Shown here: positions 16,524 to 24,000 of the stretch, one piece after another
Layout: every line of letters starts with the position of its first letter
Position numbering within the stretch: position 1 is the first letter of the stretch
Source: Acidimicrobiaceae bacterium
GTDB taxonomy: Bacteria > Actinomycetota > Acidimicrobiia > Acidimicrobiales > Palsa-688
NCBI GenBank assembly: GCA_027320105.1
Contig: DAHVMA010000110.1
Span: 13,336-37,335 of the forward strand
Direction: 5' to 3'
Length of the DNA stretch: 24,000 bases
Notes under the pieces: model-generated
The model's input: the letters and a program-made list of their open reading frames with translations, nothing else
The model's database searches: none
What the model was told of the DNA's origin: nothing
Translations under genes and position numbers: made by a program

Positions 16524-16709
16524 GTTCGTTTCCCTCGTCGGGCGCGCCCGGCGCTTCACCGGCAGTTCGGCGAAGCGTCACCCAGTGTTCCGCTCCAGGT
16601 CGAAGGGTCCTCACTCGGGCGAAACCTGCCATCTCTAGGGTTCGTGCCAGTCCGAGAGGGGCGGTTCCCGACCCCGGGGCCGCACTGGAAGCAAAGGGAG
16701 CCAGCTGCA

Positions 16710-17408
16710 TTGACCCAGTTCGACGCCGTGCTGTTCGACAACGGTGACACGCTGTTCCACAAGCCAGTTGCCCCGCCGGCCATAGCCGAGCTGGCGGCCT
16801 CCCTCGGGCGGCCGGTAGGCGAGGTCGAGGCGGCCGCCGCCTACCAGGCGGTGAAGGCCAACAAGCTGGCCATCCTCGACGAGACCCTGGTCCTCGGCCG
16901 CAACCGCTCGGCCGACGGGCACTTCGCCTACTACACCGCCTGCTACGAGCCGCTCGAGGCGGTCGCCCCGGGGATGGCACTGGCCTTCTACCGGCGCTTC
17001 AAGACCGACCCCGCGTCGATGATCCCCTACCCCGACACCGCTCCTACGCTGCGGGCGCTGCACGAGGCGGGGATCAAGCTGGGGGTCGTCTCCAACACCG
17101 GCTGGAACATCCGCCAGGGCTACGAGCGGGCCGGCTTCGGCGAGCTCATCGACGCCTACGTGCTGTCCTTCGAGCACGGGATCGCCAAGCCCGACAGGGG
17201 GATATGGGAGCTCGCCTGCTGCGAGCTGGGCGTCGCTCCCGAGCGGGTCCTCATGGTAGGCAACAACCCCGTTGCCGACAGCGGGGCGGCTTCGCTGGGC
17301 TGCACTTGTCTCATCCTCCCCGGCGTCGAGCGCGGCCGCGAGCGCGGTCTCGCCACCGTGCTGCGCGTGGTGGACGTCGACCAGCCCGCCGCCCTCCCGG
17401 CGGCGTGA
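16710..17408 (+). CDS. HAD-superfamily hydrolase (subfamily IA-like)
   Basis: Motif I AVLFDNGDTLF, motif II KLGVVSNT, motif III Lys in GIAKPDRGIW, motif IV VLMVGNNPVADSGAA (first acidic residue replaced by Asn). I place the start at TTG 16710 with AAGGGAG 9 nt upstream; the tracked GTG 16644 start has no SD. Confidence 0.8.
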   Translation: MTQFDAVLFDNGDTLFHKPVAPPAIAELAASLGRPVGEVEAAAAYQAVKANKLAILDETLVLGRNRSADGHFAYYTACYEPLEAVAPGMALAFYRRFKTDPASMIPYPDTAPTLRALHEAGIKLGVVSNTGWNIRQGYERAGFGELIDAYVLSFEHGIAKPDRGIWELACCELGVAPERVLMVGNNPVADSGAASLGCTCLILPGVERGRERGLATVLRVVDVDQPAALPAA

Positions 17409-17419
17409 GGAGCCTCGCG

Positions 17420-18313
17420 ATGCTGCACGAGTCTGTCCACCTCGTCGCTGCCGCTCCTCACCTCCACGGGTGGCTCTACGACACCTTCGCCCCACCCAAC
17501 TGGGTGAGGGCGCTCCTGTACGTCCTCACCTGGCTGGTCATGCTCGGTGGGCTCTACGTCCTGTTCGTCCGGGCCCCTCGCCGCGACCGGGCGCACCGCT
17601 GGGCGACCCAGGACGTGTTCGTCCTCGCCATCCTCTCGGTGCTGTTGCTGGCGTGGGACACGTTCCTGAACGACCAGCTGTTCGGCCCGATCGTGTCGGC
17701 CATCCCGGTGTTCGGCAACTTCCTCAACTGGATCCAGCTGCCCGACCTGCCCTACATGTTCATCGTCGTGCTGGCTGTCGCCACCATCCGCAAGCCCGGC
17801 ACCGTGACGGCGCTGATCTTCGTCAAGCGGGTCCTCGGCGAGATCATGTTCTCCTCGCACGGGCTCAACGTCATCAACTGGCCCGACGCCCTCAACGAGG
17901 GCATCTTCACCGACCTCTACATCCTGTGGCGGGGGGAGGTGCTCTTCAGCAGCGCCCGGGCCATGATCTGGGACGGGTTCGTGATCGGCTTCCTGCGGGC
18001 GGTGCCCAACACGATCATCGGCGATGCCGTGCTCGACCCGTTCCTCAACGGGCAGGTCCACACCTGGGCCAGCTTCATCGGCACCAACCTCGCCGGCGGC
18101 GGTGGGATCCTCGGCAACGGCCTCGGCAACGGGGTCGAGGCGGCTGTCACCGCCCCGCTGGCCGTACGGGTGGCCCGTTCGGTAGGGATCTTGTCGGGCT
18201 ACAAGACCGTGGCCCGCGCGTCGGGGGCCGGCGGCGGAGCCCCGGCGCTGGCACCCACCGGCGGCGGTGGCAGCGGCGGCGGTGACGGCCTCGGCCCGCA
18301 AGGGGGGCGATGA
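17420..18313 (+). CDS. Putative ECF-transporter S (substrate-capture) component, YkoE/PF09819-like, with a Gly-rich C-terminal tail
   Basis: Polytopic membrane protein. The ATIRKPGTVTALIFVKRVLGEIMF segment resembles the IRKPGAA motif I recall from YkoE-type S components. It sits directly upstream of the ECF A-A' and T genes. GAGGAG lies 7 nt before the ATG. The last ~60 aa are Gly/Ala-rich (GGGGSGGGDG). Confidence 0.6.
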   Translation: MLHESVHLVAAAPHLHGWLYDTFAPPNWVRALLYVLTWLVMLGGLYVLFVRAPRRDRAHRWATQDVFVLAILSVLLLAWDTFLNDQLFGPIVSAIPVFGNFLNWIQLPDLPYMFIVVLAVATIRKPGTVTALIFVKRVLGEIMFSSHGLNVINWPDALNEGIFTDLYILWRGEVLFSSARAMIWDGFVIGFLRAVPNTIIGDAVLDPFLNGQVHTWASFIGTNLAGGGGILGNGLGNGVEAAVTAPLAVRVARSVGILSGYKTVARASGAGGGAPALAPTGGGGSGGGDGLGPQGGR

Positions 18314-18618
18314 TGGACAGCCGCTGGCGGGTCGTGAAGCGCATGACGATCATCGGAGCGCTGCTCACGGCCTTCTTCCTGATCGACGGGCTGGTGCTCT
18401 TCCTCACCGGCGGCCTCAGCGCCGACGCCGGCCCCGTCTTCCCCTGGCTCGGCGGGGTGTTCACCAAGAACCGCTCATCGGGCACGGGGCTGCTGATCAT
18501 CGGTGTCCTGTCGCTGGTCGTGCTCCTCACCGGCTGGTTCACCTACGGGCGGCGGGTGCGGGCCGAGCACCTGGCCTCGGTCGGGTCGGAGGCGCAGCGC
18601 GTGCAGCATGAGCGCTGA
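18310..18618 (+). CDS. Small two-TM membrane protein, ECF operon accessory (unknown family)
   Basis: 102 aa. Two hydrophobic helices (IIGALLTAFFLIDGLVLFL, LLIIGVLSLVVLLTGWF). The ATG overlaps the upstream stop (ATGA), and the 3' end overlaps the ATPase start by 11 nt. Confidence 0.55.
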   Translation: MMDSRWRVVKRMTIIGALLTAFFLIDGLVLFLTGGLSADAGPVFPWLGGVFTKNRSSGTGLLIIGVLSLVVLLTGWFTYGRRVRAEHLASVGSEAQRVQHER

Positions 18619-20419
18619 TCGCATCGCAGGCCAGCCCGTGCCTGCAGTGCTCCGGGCCCGCGTCGAGGAGCTCTGCTACCACCCGGACCGCCCGCCGGCC
18701 CTCCGCAGCATCGACCTGGCGGTCCGCACCGGGGAGATGGTCGTGGTCGCCGGCCCCTCCGGCAGCGGCAAGTCGACGCTGGCGCTGGCGCTCGCCGGCC
18801 TGATCCCCCACCGGGTCGGCGTCGCTGCCTGGGCGGGTGAGGTCACCTGGGAGCAGGGCGGGGCCGCGCCGGTGGACCTGACAGCCCTCCCGCTCCACCA
18901 GGCGGCCCAGCACGTCGGCATCGTGTTCCAGAACCCCGAGTACCAGCTCATCCAGTACCAGGTCGACGCCGAGGTCGCGTTCGGCCCGGAGAACCTCGCC
19001 CTGCCCCACGACGAGGTGGTCGCGCGTGTCTGGGAGTCGCTCGCCAAGGTCGGTGCCGAGGGCCTCGCCCATGAGGCCATCAGCGGGTTGTCGGGGGGCC
19101 AGAAGCAGCGGGTTGCCATTGCTGCCGCGCTGGCCATGTCGGCGCCCATGCTGGTGCTCGACGAGCCGACGTCGGACCTCGACCCGGTGGGTACCGATGA
19201 GGTCCTCGCCGTGCTGCATCGCCTCGCCCACGAGGAGGGTCATGGCGTCGTCCTCGTCGAGCACAAGCTCGACGAGGTGGCGCCCTACGCCGACCGGGTG
19301 CTGCTCGTGCAGGACGGCCAGGTCGTCATCGACGGCCATCCCCGCGACGCGTTCGTGCCGACGAGCCGCTGGCGGGCGGCCGGTGTTCGCCCGCCTGAGC
19401 TCGCCGCTTTGAGCGAGGCGCTCCCGGAGCGCTTCGGTGCCACGGTGGCCCTCACCGTGGAAGAGGCCGCCGGGCGGTGGGAGGGCGCCGCCGGGCGGTG
19501 GTTGGGAGCGAGGCCCGAGGTGGCGCCGGTCGGGCTGGTCTCGACCGGCACTTCCGGGGCGGAAGACGCCGCCCTCGAGATCGCCGGCGTCACGGTGTCG
19601 TTCAAGCAGCGGCGGGCCGTCGACGGGGCGGAGCTGCGGGTCGGCGCAGGTGAATGGGTCGCTCTTGTCGGCGCGAACGGCTCGGGTAAGACGACGATCG
19701 GCTCGACGCTCATGGGATTCGTCGAACCTGCCGCCGGCTCCGCGACGGTGTTCGGCAGGCCGACGGTGTTCGGCAAGATCCCCAAGCAGGCCGACCGGCT
19801 GGGCTACCTGTTCCAGAACGTCGACGACATGCTCTTCTGCGAGACGGTCCGCGCCGAGCTCGAGTTCACCCGCCGCAACCGGGTGCCGGCAGGGCCCGAC
19901 GCCCCCGACCCTGCCGAGGTCGCCCGCCTCATCGGCCTCGCCGACCGGCTCGACGCCCACCCCTACGCCCTGAGCGGCGGGGAGCGCCAGCGCCTGGCGC
20001 TCGGCGCCCTGCTGACCCGGGCCCCCCGTGGCCTGATCCTCGACGAGCCGACCACCGGTCTGGACGAGGCCCACGCCGAGGCGCTGTTCGAGCTGCTGGC
20101 TCGCGTCCGCACCTCGATCGGTTCGCTCACCTGCCTGCTGATCACCCACGACATGCGCCTCGTCGCCCGCTTCGCCGACCGCATCGTCGTGGTCCGCGAG
20201 GGCCGGATCGTGCTCGACACCACACCCCGGCGGGCATTCGCCCGGATCGAGCTCCTCGAGGAGTGCGGCGTGCGGCCCCCGCCGATCGCCCGGCTGCACG
20301 CCCGTCTTGCCGCCCGACCCCTGGATGAGGTGGCCGTCAGTGTCGACGAGCTGGTGGGATTGCTCGGCCTCCAAGGCGAGGACATTCACCGGGGGGTCGT
20401 CCATGTGGCATCCGATTGA
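18608..20419 (+). CDS. ECF transporter ATPase, fused EcfA-EcfA' (two ABC domains)
   Basis: Domain 1: GPSGSGKST, LSGGQKQRVAIA, LVLDEPTSDLD. Domain 2: GANGSGKTT, LSGGERQRLALG, LILDEPTTGLD. I take the start at ATG 18608 inside the tracked ORF. The inter-domain linker contains a 21-bp tandem duplication. Confidence 0.9.
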   Translation: MSADRIAGQPVPAVLRARVEELCYHPDRPPALRSIDLAVRTGEMVVVAGPSGSGKSTLALALAGLIPHRVGVAAWAGEVTWEQGGAAPVDLTALPLHQAAQHVGIVFQNPEYQLIQYQVDAEVAFGPENLALPHDEVVARVWESLAKVGAEGLAHEAISGLSGGQKQRVAIAAALAMSAPMLVLDEPTSDLDPVGTDEVLAVLHRLAHEEGHGVVLVEHKLDEVAPYADRVLLVQDGQVVIDGHPRDAFVPTSRWRAAGVRPPELAALSEALPERFGATVALTVEEAAGRWEGAAGRWLGARPEVAPVGLVSTGTSGAEDAALEIAGVTVSFKQRRAVDGAELRVGAGEWVALVGANGSGKTTIGSTLMGFVEPAAGSATVFGRPTVFGKIPKQADRLGYLFQNVDDMLFCETVRAELEFTRRNRVPAGPDAPDPAEVARLIGLADRLDAHPYALSGGERQRLALGALLTRAPRGLILDEPTTGLDEAHAEALFELLARVRTSIGSLTCLLITHDMRLVARFADRIVVVREGRIVLDTTPRRAFARIELLEECGVRPPPIARLHARLAARPLDEVAVSVDELVGLLGLQGEDIHRGVVHVASD

Positions 20420-21371
20420 CCACTTCCTCTTCCACGGCCTCGTGGGCGAGACGATCGTCGCCTACCTCATCACCTTCGTCGTGCCCCTTGCCGGCCCGGC
20501 GTTGTTCATCCGCTTCGTCGGGATCAAGGGGCTGCGCAACGTCCTGACCTACGAGCCGAAGGACACCCCGATCCACAGGCTCGATCCCCGCCTCAAGCTG
20601 CTCTACCCGGTGTTCATCGGCGTTTCGTCGGTGCTGCTCTCGTGGCAGTGGACCTACGTCCTCTTCGGCGTCACGCTGGTCCCGTGGGTCCTGCTCCGCC
20701 CGTCCCGGGTCCGGGTCCGGGTCCTGGCCGTGATCGTCGTCGCCCCGGCGCTGCTGGCGATCTGGTCCCAGGGCCTCTACGCGACGACGCCTCACGACAA
20801 GCTGATCTTCGCCTTTCCCGTGACGATGGCCTGGGTCGGCACCGTCGGGCTGTCGAAGGCAGGCCTGGTCTACGGCGCCCACCAGGCGTCCCGGATCCTG
20901 GTCACCTCGTCGGCGGCCCTGATCCTCGTGTTCACCACCCAGCCCTCCGACGTGGTCTGGGCGACCACCCGGCTCCTCGCACCGCAGCGGATCGGCCTCG
21001 CCATCTCGGTCGGGGTCCGCTTCCTGCCCAGCCTGTTCGAACGGCTCAACACCGTGATGCGGGCCGCCGAGGTCCGTGGTTACGACTTCACGACACCCGA
21101 CCGCTGGTGGCGACCCCGCCAGAGCTGGGACTACGCCCGCCGGATGGTCCGGGCGCTGCCGCTGCTCACCGTCCCTATCCTCGTCGGCTCCCTCCGGGGC
21201 TGCAGCCAGATGGCCCTTGTCGCCGACTCCCGGGCATTCAACGTCAGCCCGCGCCGCTCGACGTACCGCGTCGTCGCCTGGCGGACCGGGGACAAGGTGG
21301 CGCTGGTGTTGGGCGTGCTCGTCGCCGCCGGCGTCCTCGTGATCGTCCTCACCGGCAACGGGCGGTTCTGA
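20403..21371 (+). CDS. ECF transporter T component (EcfT/CbiQ family)
   Basis: Multi-TM protein. It has the HRLDPRLKLL motif near the N-terminus and Arg-containing coupling-helix-like segments (SRILVTSSAALI..., VRFLPSLFERL...AAEVRGYD). GGGGGG lies 7 nt before ATG 20403, and the gene overlaps the ATPase 3' end by 17 nt. Confidence 0.85.
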   Translation: MWHPIDHFLFHGLVGETIVAYLITFVVPLAGPALFIRFVGIKGLRNVLTYEPKDTPIHRLDPRLKLLYPVFIGVSSVLLSWQWTYVLFGVTLVPWVLLRPSRVRVRVLAVIVVAPALLAIWSQGLYATTPHDKLIFAFPVTMAWVGTVGLSKAGLVYGAHQASRILVTSSAALILVFTTQPSDVVWATTRLLAPQRIGLAISVGVRFLPSLFERLNTVMRAAEVRGYDFTTPDRWWRPRQSWDYARRMVRALPLLTVPILVGSLRGCSQMALVADSRAFNVSPRRSTYRVVAWRTGDKVALVLGVLVAAGVLVIVLTGNGRF

Positions 21372-21437
21372 AGGCGGGCTCGCCGAGAGGTCGGCTCGTG
21401 GCGGCTTGGACTTGGGTGCCAACAAGGGAAGCGATGC

Positions 21438-21455
21438 GGACTATAATCATAGTCC
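21438..21455 (+). promoter_or_regulatory. 18-bp palindrome GGACTAT-AATC-ATAGTCC containing a perfect TATAAT; candidate operator and leaderless promoter of the antitoxin gene
   Basis: TATAAT at 21442..21447 ends 8 nt before ATG 21456. The palindrome abuts the start codon. This is an AT-rich island in GC-rich DNA with no SD. No convincing -35 was found. Confidence 0.55.
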
Positions 21456-21743
21456 ATGACGACGCTGCCGCTATCCGAGGTCAAGGCCCGCCTCTCGGAG
21501 ATTGCTGAGGAAGTGGCCACTACGCACGAGCGAGTCCAGGTGACCAAGAATGGCCGCGAGTACGTCGTCCTCATCGCCGCCGCCGATCTGGAGTCGATGG
21601 AGGCCACCTTGGAGCTACTGGCCGATCCCGAGGCCCAAGCCAGCGTGGCCGAGGGGATGGCCGCGGTGTCGAGGGGTGATGTGCTGGATGAGGCCGAGGT
21701 CCGGGCCTTGCTGGCTGAGCGCAAAGCCCGCGCTGCAGGGTGA
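21456..21743 (+). CDS. Phd/YefM-family type II antitoxin
   Basis: MTTLPLSEVKARLSEIAEEVATTHERVQVTKNGREYVVLIAAADLESMEATLELLADP is the canonical Phd/YefM N-terminal fold pattern. Confidence 0.85.
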   Translation: MTTLPLSEVKARLSEIAEEVATTHERVQVTKNGREYVVLIAAADLESMEATLELLADPEAQASVAEGMAAVSRGDVLDEAEVRALLAERKARAAG

Positions 21744-21890
21744 GATACCGGGTCCAGGTGGCCCCGTCGCTCGGCCCAGTGGCGAGCACGGTGTGGTGAG
21801 CACAGAGTGCGCTACATGATCGACGAGGACCGGGGGGTCGTGTTCGTTATCGCCATCGAACACCGCCGGGACGCCTACCGCTCGCGCTGA
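21740..21890 (+). pseudogene. RelE/ParE-family toxin remnant (internal deletion plus frameshift)
   Basis: GTG 21740 overlaps the antitoxin stop (GTGA) and reads VRYRVQVAPSLGPVASTVW-stop (stop 21797-21799), a typical toxin N-terminus. A different frame then reads ...HRVRYMIDEDRGVVFVIAIEHRRDAYRSR-stop (stop 21888-21890), a typical RelE/ParE C-terminus. The total is 151 nt against roughly 260 nt expected. Confidence 0.6.
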
Positions 21891-21917
21891 CCGGAGCCAA
21901 GGAGGAGCACTTACCCA

Positions 21918-23789
21918 TTACCCAGAGGGCGACACGAAATACCACCGGGACGCCCGCCAGTTGCCGAAGGGGTTCTGGGGTGCCCAGCCGCGCAGGGTTT
22001 GCTTGACTACCGAGATCTGGTTGTCCCCGGTGGGGAACCACAGGGCGGCAACCTGGCGGGACAGGTAGTCCTCGGTGGCGTAGACGTAGCGCAGCCCCGT
22101 GTGGGTGTGGGCCTGGGCGAGGAGGTGCTCGAAGGTCGGGGAGTAGTAGCCGCCGCCGAAGTAGTTGCCCCTCCCGAACTGCGAGCCGTCGGTCGGCAGG
22201 ATGCTCATGTCCCCGTAGTCGGTGAACCACAGCGGGTAGAGAGCGATGGCGAAGTTGCAGGGTCCCGGCGGGCACACGCCGTCGACGGAGAACATCGTCG
22301 TCGCGCTCGCCGGGCCGAGGACGATGTCGACTCCCGCCGCCTTGGCGGCGGTCTGGAAGGCCTCGGCTTGCGCCTGGACCCCGGCGTTGCCGGTCGTGTA
22401 GTTCATGTACAGCGAGAGGGTGCGCCCCTGGGCGATGCCCGACCCGCACTCGTTTGGCCCGGTGCCGGGGTGCTCGCAGACGACGTAGCCGTTGGCGCTG
22501 CCTCGCCAGCCGTGTGCGCCGAGCAGCGCCTTGGCGGCACCGACCGAGTAGGGGTCGGGGTTGGACCGCTCCCCGGCGCTCGCCCAGACATCGCCGGGGA
22601 TGTTGGGCGCCGGACCGTAGGTGAGTTGACCGATGCCGTGCAGGGTGGTCTTCAGGTAGAGCGGCTCGTTGACGAGATGTTGGAGCGCCTGGCGGATGTA
22701 GAGCTGGCGCACGAGCGGACCGTAGCGAGGGCTTGTGTAGCCGAGCTCGGCCGACTGGAAGTAGTCGGGCGCCCATGGGGCGACCGTGTAGCCGTGGGTC
22801 GTGAAGTAATGGCGCAGGCCGAGGTCGCTGTAGGGGATCCAGCCGTAGTCGATTGCCCCACTGCGCAGCTGGTCGACCTCGGCGGTGTCGCTCGTGAAGG
22901 TGGCGAGCACGACGTGGTCCAGGTGGGGCTTCTCGGGACCCGAGTAGCGACGGTTCACGCTGAGCACGGTGCGGCCGGTCGTGGGCTCGTAGCCCGTCAG
23001 GTGCCACGGGCCGTCCACCACCTGCCAGAGCGGGTTGGTGGCGTAGGTGGACAGCTGCTCGGACTGCCTGTAGAGGAACTGGAAGACCTTCTTGGCACCG
23101 GCGGGTGTTGCTGCATAGCTCCCCGCCTTGGTGCCAGCGGAGGTCTTGTCCCAGGCCTGGGCCGGCAGCGGGAAGATCTCGGTGAGCTGGTTGTCGGTGT
23201 ACCACTGCTGGCTGTAGGAGTGGTCGAGGTGGAGGATGAGCACGGTGGGGCTCACGTAGTCGACGGATCGGACGTTGTCGGGGATCTCCCCGGGCACGTA
23301 GGTCCCGATGTCGCTCTCACCTGCCTTGTACAGCTCGAAGAAGAACCGGATGTCGGCTGTCGTGACGGGGGTCCCGTCCGACCAGAGGTAGCGCTTCAGC
23401 CGGATGGTGACAGTGGTGTCGTGGTTGGAGTAGGCGGGTGGGTAGGCGAGGCTCAGCTTGGGGTTGATCACCGGGCGACCGCCCTGGCCCTCGAAGTAGA
23501 GGGGCCGCCACATCCCCTCGTCGGTGGCCAGCTCCCATGGCTCCTGGTTGGCACTGTTCTCGAACGGGAGCATCCAGCTGAAGCTGTCGGTCGCCTGGAG
23601 GGCGTAAGTCGCCGTCCCTCCCGTGAGCACCTTGGCCCGGTGCTTCGCTGCCGACGCCGAGCTGCCGCACGCCGCCAGCACGAGAGCGAGGGACAAGGCG
23701 GCCACCACGCCGGCGCGGGGCGCCGGTCCACGCCGCGCCCGTGGACCGATTGGGCCTGCTGTCGCCCGGGGCCCGTCCTCGTTCGCCAT
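21918..23789 (-). CDS. ABC-transporter solute-binding lipoprotein, family 5 (peptide/nickel/opine type)
   Basis: 623 aa. Signal peptide with lipobox LVLAAC-GSS. The size and blocks (YALQATDSFSWMLPF, WSDGTPVTTADIRFFFEL, RQALQHLVN, YMNYTTGN) are consistent with SBP_bac_5. GGGGAG lies about 11 nt before the ATG. No permease or ATPase genes are inside the window. Confidence 0.8.
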   Translation of the reverse strand: MANEDGPRATAGPIGPRARRGPAPRAGVVAALSLALVLAACGSSASAAKHRAKVLTGGTATYALQATDSFSWMLPFENSANQEPWELATDEGMWRPLYFEGQGGRPVINPKLSLAYPPAYSNHDTTVTIRLKRYLWSDGTPVTTADIRFFFELYKAGESDIGTYVPGEIPDNVRSVDYVSPTVLILHLDHSYSQQWYTDNQLTEIFPLPAQAWDKTSAGTKAGSYAATPAGAKKVFQFLYRQSEQLSTYATNPLWQVVDGPWHLTGYEPTTGRTVLSVNRRYSGPEKPHLDHVVLATFTSDTAEVDQLRSGAIDYGWIPYSDLGLRHYFTTHGYTVAPWAPDYFQSAELGYTSPRYGPLVRQLYIRQALQHLVNEPLYLKTTLHGIGQLTYGPAPNIPGDVWASAGERSNPDPYSVGAAKALLGAHGWRGSANGYVVCEHPGTGPNECGSGIAQGRTLSLYMNYTTGNAGVQAQAEAFQTAAKAAGVDIVLGPASATTMFSVDGVCPPGPCNFAIALYPLWFTDYGDMSILPTDGSQFGRGNYFGGGYYSPTFEHLLAQAHTHTGLRYVYATEDYLSRQVAALWFPTGDNQISVVKQTLRGWAPQNPFGNWRASRWYFVSPSG

Positions 23790-24000
23790 GTCTGCGTGCT
23801 CCCCTCGCAGGCTCCACGACCCTTCGCCTGGCGGCGTCCGCTGCGGACCGACCGACCAGCCGGGAGGCGAGCCGGGAGGTTACTCGACGGCCTGATGGGG
23901 TTGGGGACGGGACAGCTCCCCGCCGCTGCACCACAAGGTAACTTGGGGTAGGTGGATCAGCCGCTCATCACGGACAGCGCCCGCCGCCACGGTGTCGGCG

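Noticed and set aside
16524-16709. Canonical TPP (THI-box) or cobalamin riboswitch call
   Set aside because: Only partial resemblance. I could not find the CUGAGA element or the ACCUGAUCUGGAUAAUGCCAGCG core of TPP riboswitches, nor a proper B12 box. It is kept only as a low-interest finding that needs cmscan.
16710-17408. Calling the HAD hydrolase CbbZ/phosphoglycolate phosphatase because of proximity to RuBisCO
   Set aside because: It is separated from cbbX by the DUF3987-like gene and a 186-nt gap, and it is translationally linked to the ECF transporter instead. The motif I variant (FDNGDTL) does not match the FDLDGTL pattern typical of Gph. Specificity cannot be inferred.
18539-23951. Shadow ORFs 18539..20404(-), 20337..21425(-), 20642..21508(+), 21847..23205(-), 21999..23951(+)
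   Set aside because: They are antisense or out of frame to the ECF ATPase/T genes and the solute-binding protein, and have low-complexity Arg/Pro/Gly-rich translations.
23957-24000. Possible 3' end of a minus-strand gene (TGA at 23959..23957, reading ...ADTVAAGAVRDERL-stop)
   Set aside because: Only 14 codons are visible at the window edge, which is too little to support a call.

Overview
High-GC (about 70% by eye) Actinomycetota-like chromosomal DNA. Most long six-frame ORFs here are GC-driven shadow ORFs (Arg/Pro/Gly-rich, antisense or out of frame to real genes), so genes were called on protein plausibility, recognisable motifs and start-codon context. Left to right: (1) the edge of an integrated element at a tRNA-Ile(GAU) gene, made up of an IS630 transposase remnant, a tyrosine integrase and an excisionase; (2) a PAS-LOV-GAF-PP2C (SpoIIE) putative blue-light sensor phosphatase; (3) a small membrane ORF coupled to a saccharopine-dehydrogenase-like oxidoreductase, a small hypothetical gene, and a ~520-bp repeat-rich non-coding stretch; (4) an acyl-CoA synthetase; (5) a Calvin-Benson-Bassham (CBB) module with prk, a NarL-type response regulator plus a cytoplasmic GAF histidine kinase, and cbbR divergent from red-type form I RuBisCO rbcL-rbcS-cbbX; (6) a DUF3987-like mobile-element-type gene directly after cbbX; (7) a tightly coupled five-gene HAD hydrolase + ECF transporter operon; (8) a Phd/YefM antitoxin with a decayed RelE/ParE toxin; (9) a family-5 solute-binding lipoprotein. 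I saw no CRISPR array, rRNA or recognisable defence system, and I cannot point to a clear-cut novel system. The best candidates for a second look are the LOV-PP2C photoreceptor, the two-component system and the DUF3987-like gene embedded in the CBB locus, the integrase/IS630 junction, the orphaned antitoxin with its palindromic leaderless promoter, and the recurrent 9-bp G/C-rich tandem repeats. All functional calls rest on remembered family motifs and need HMM/BLAST confirmation.
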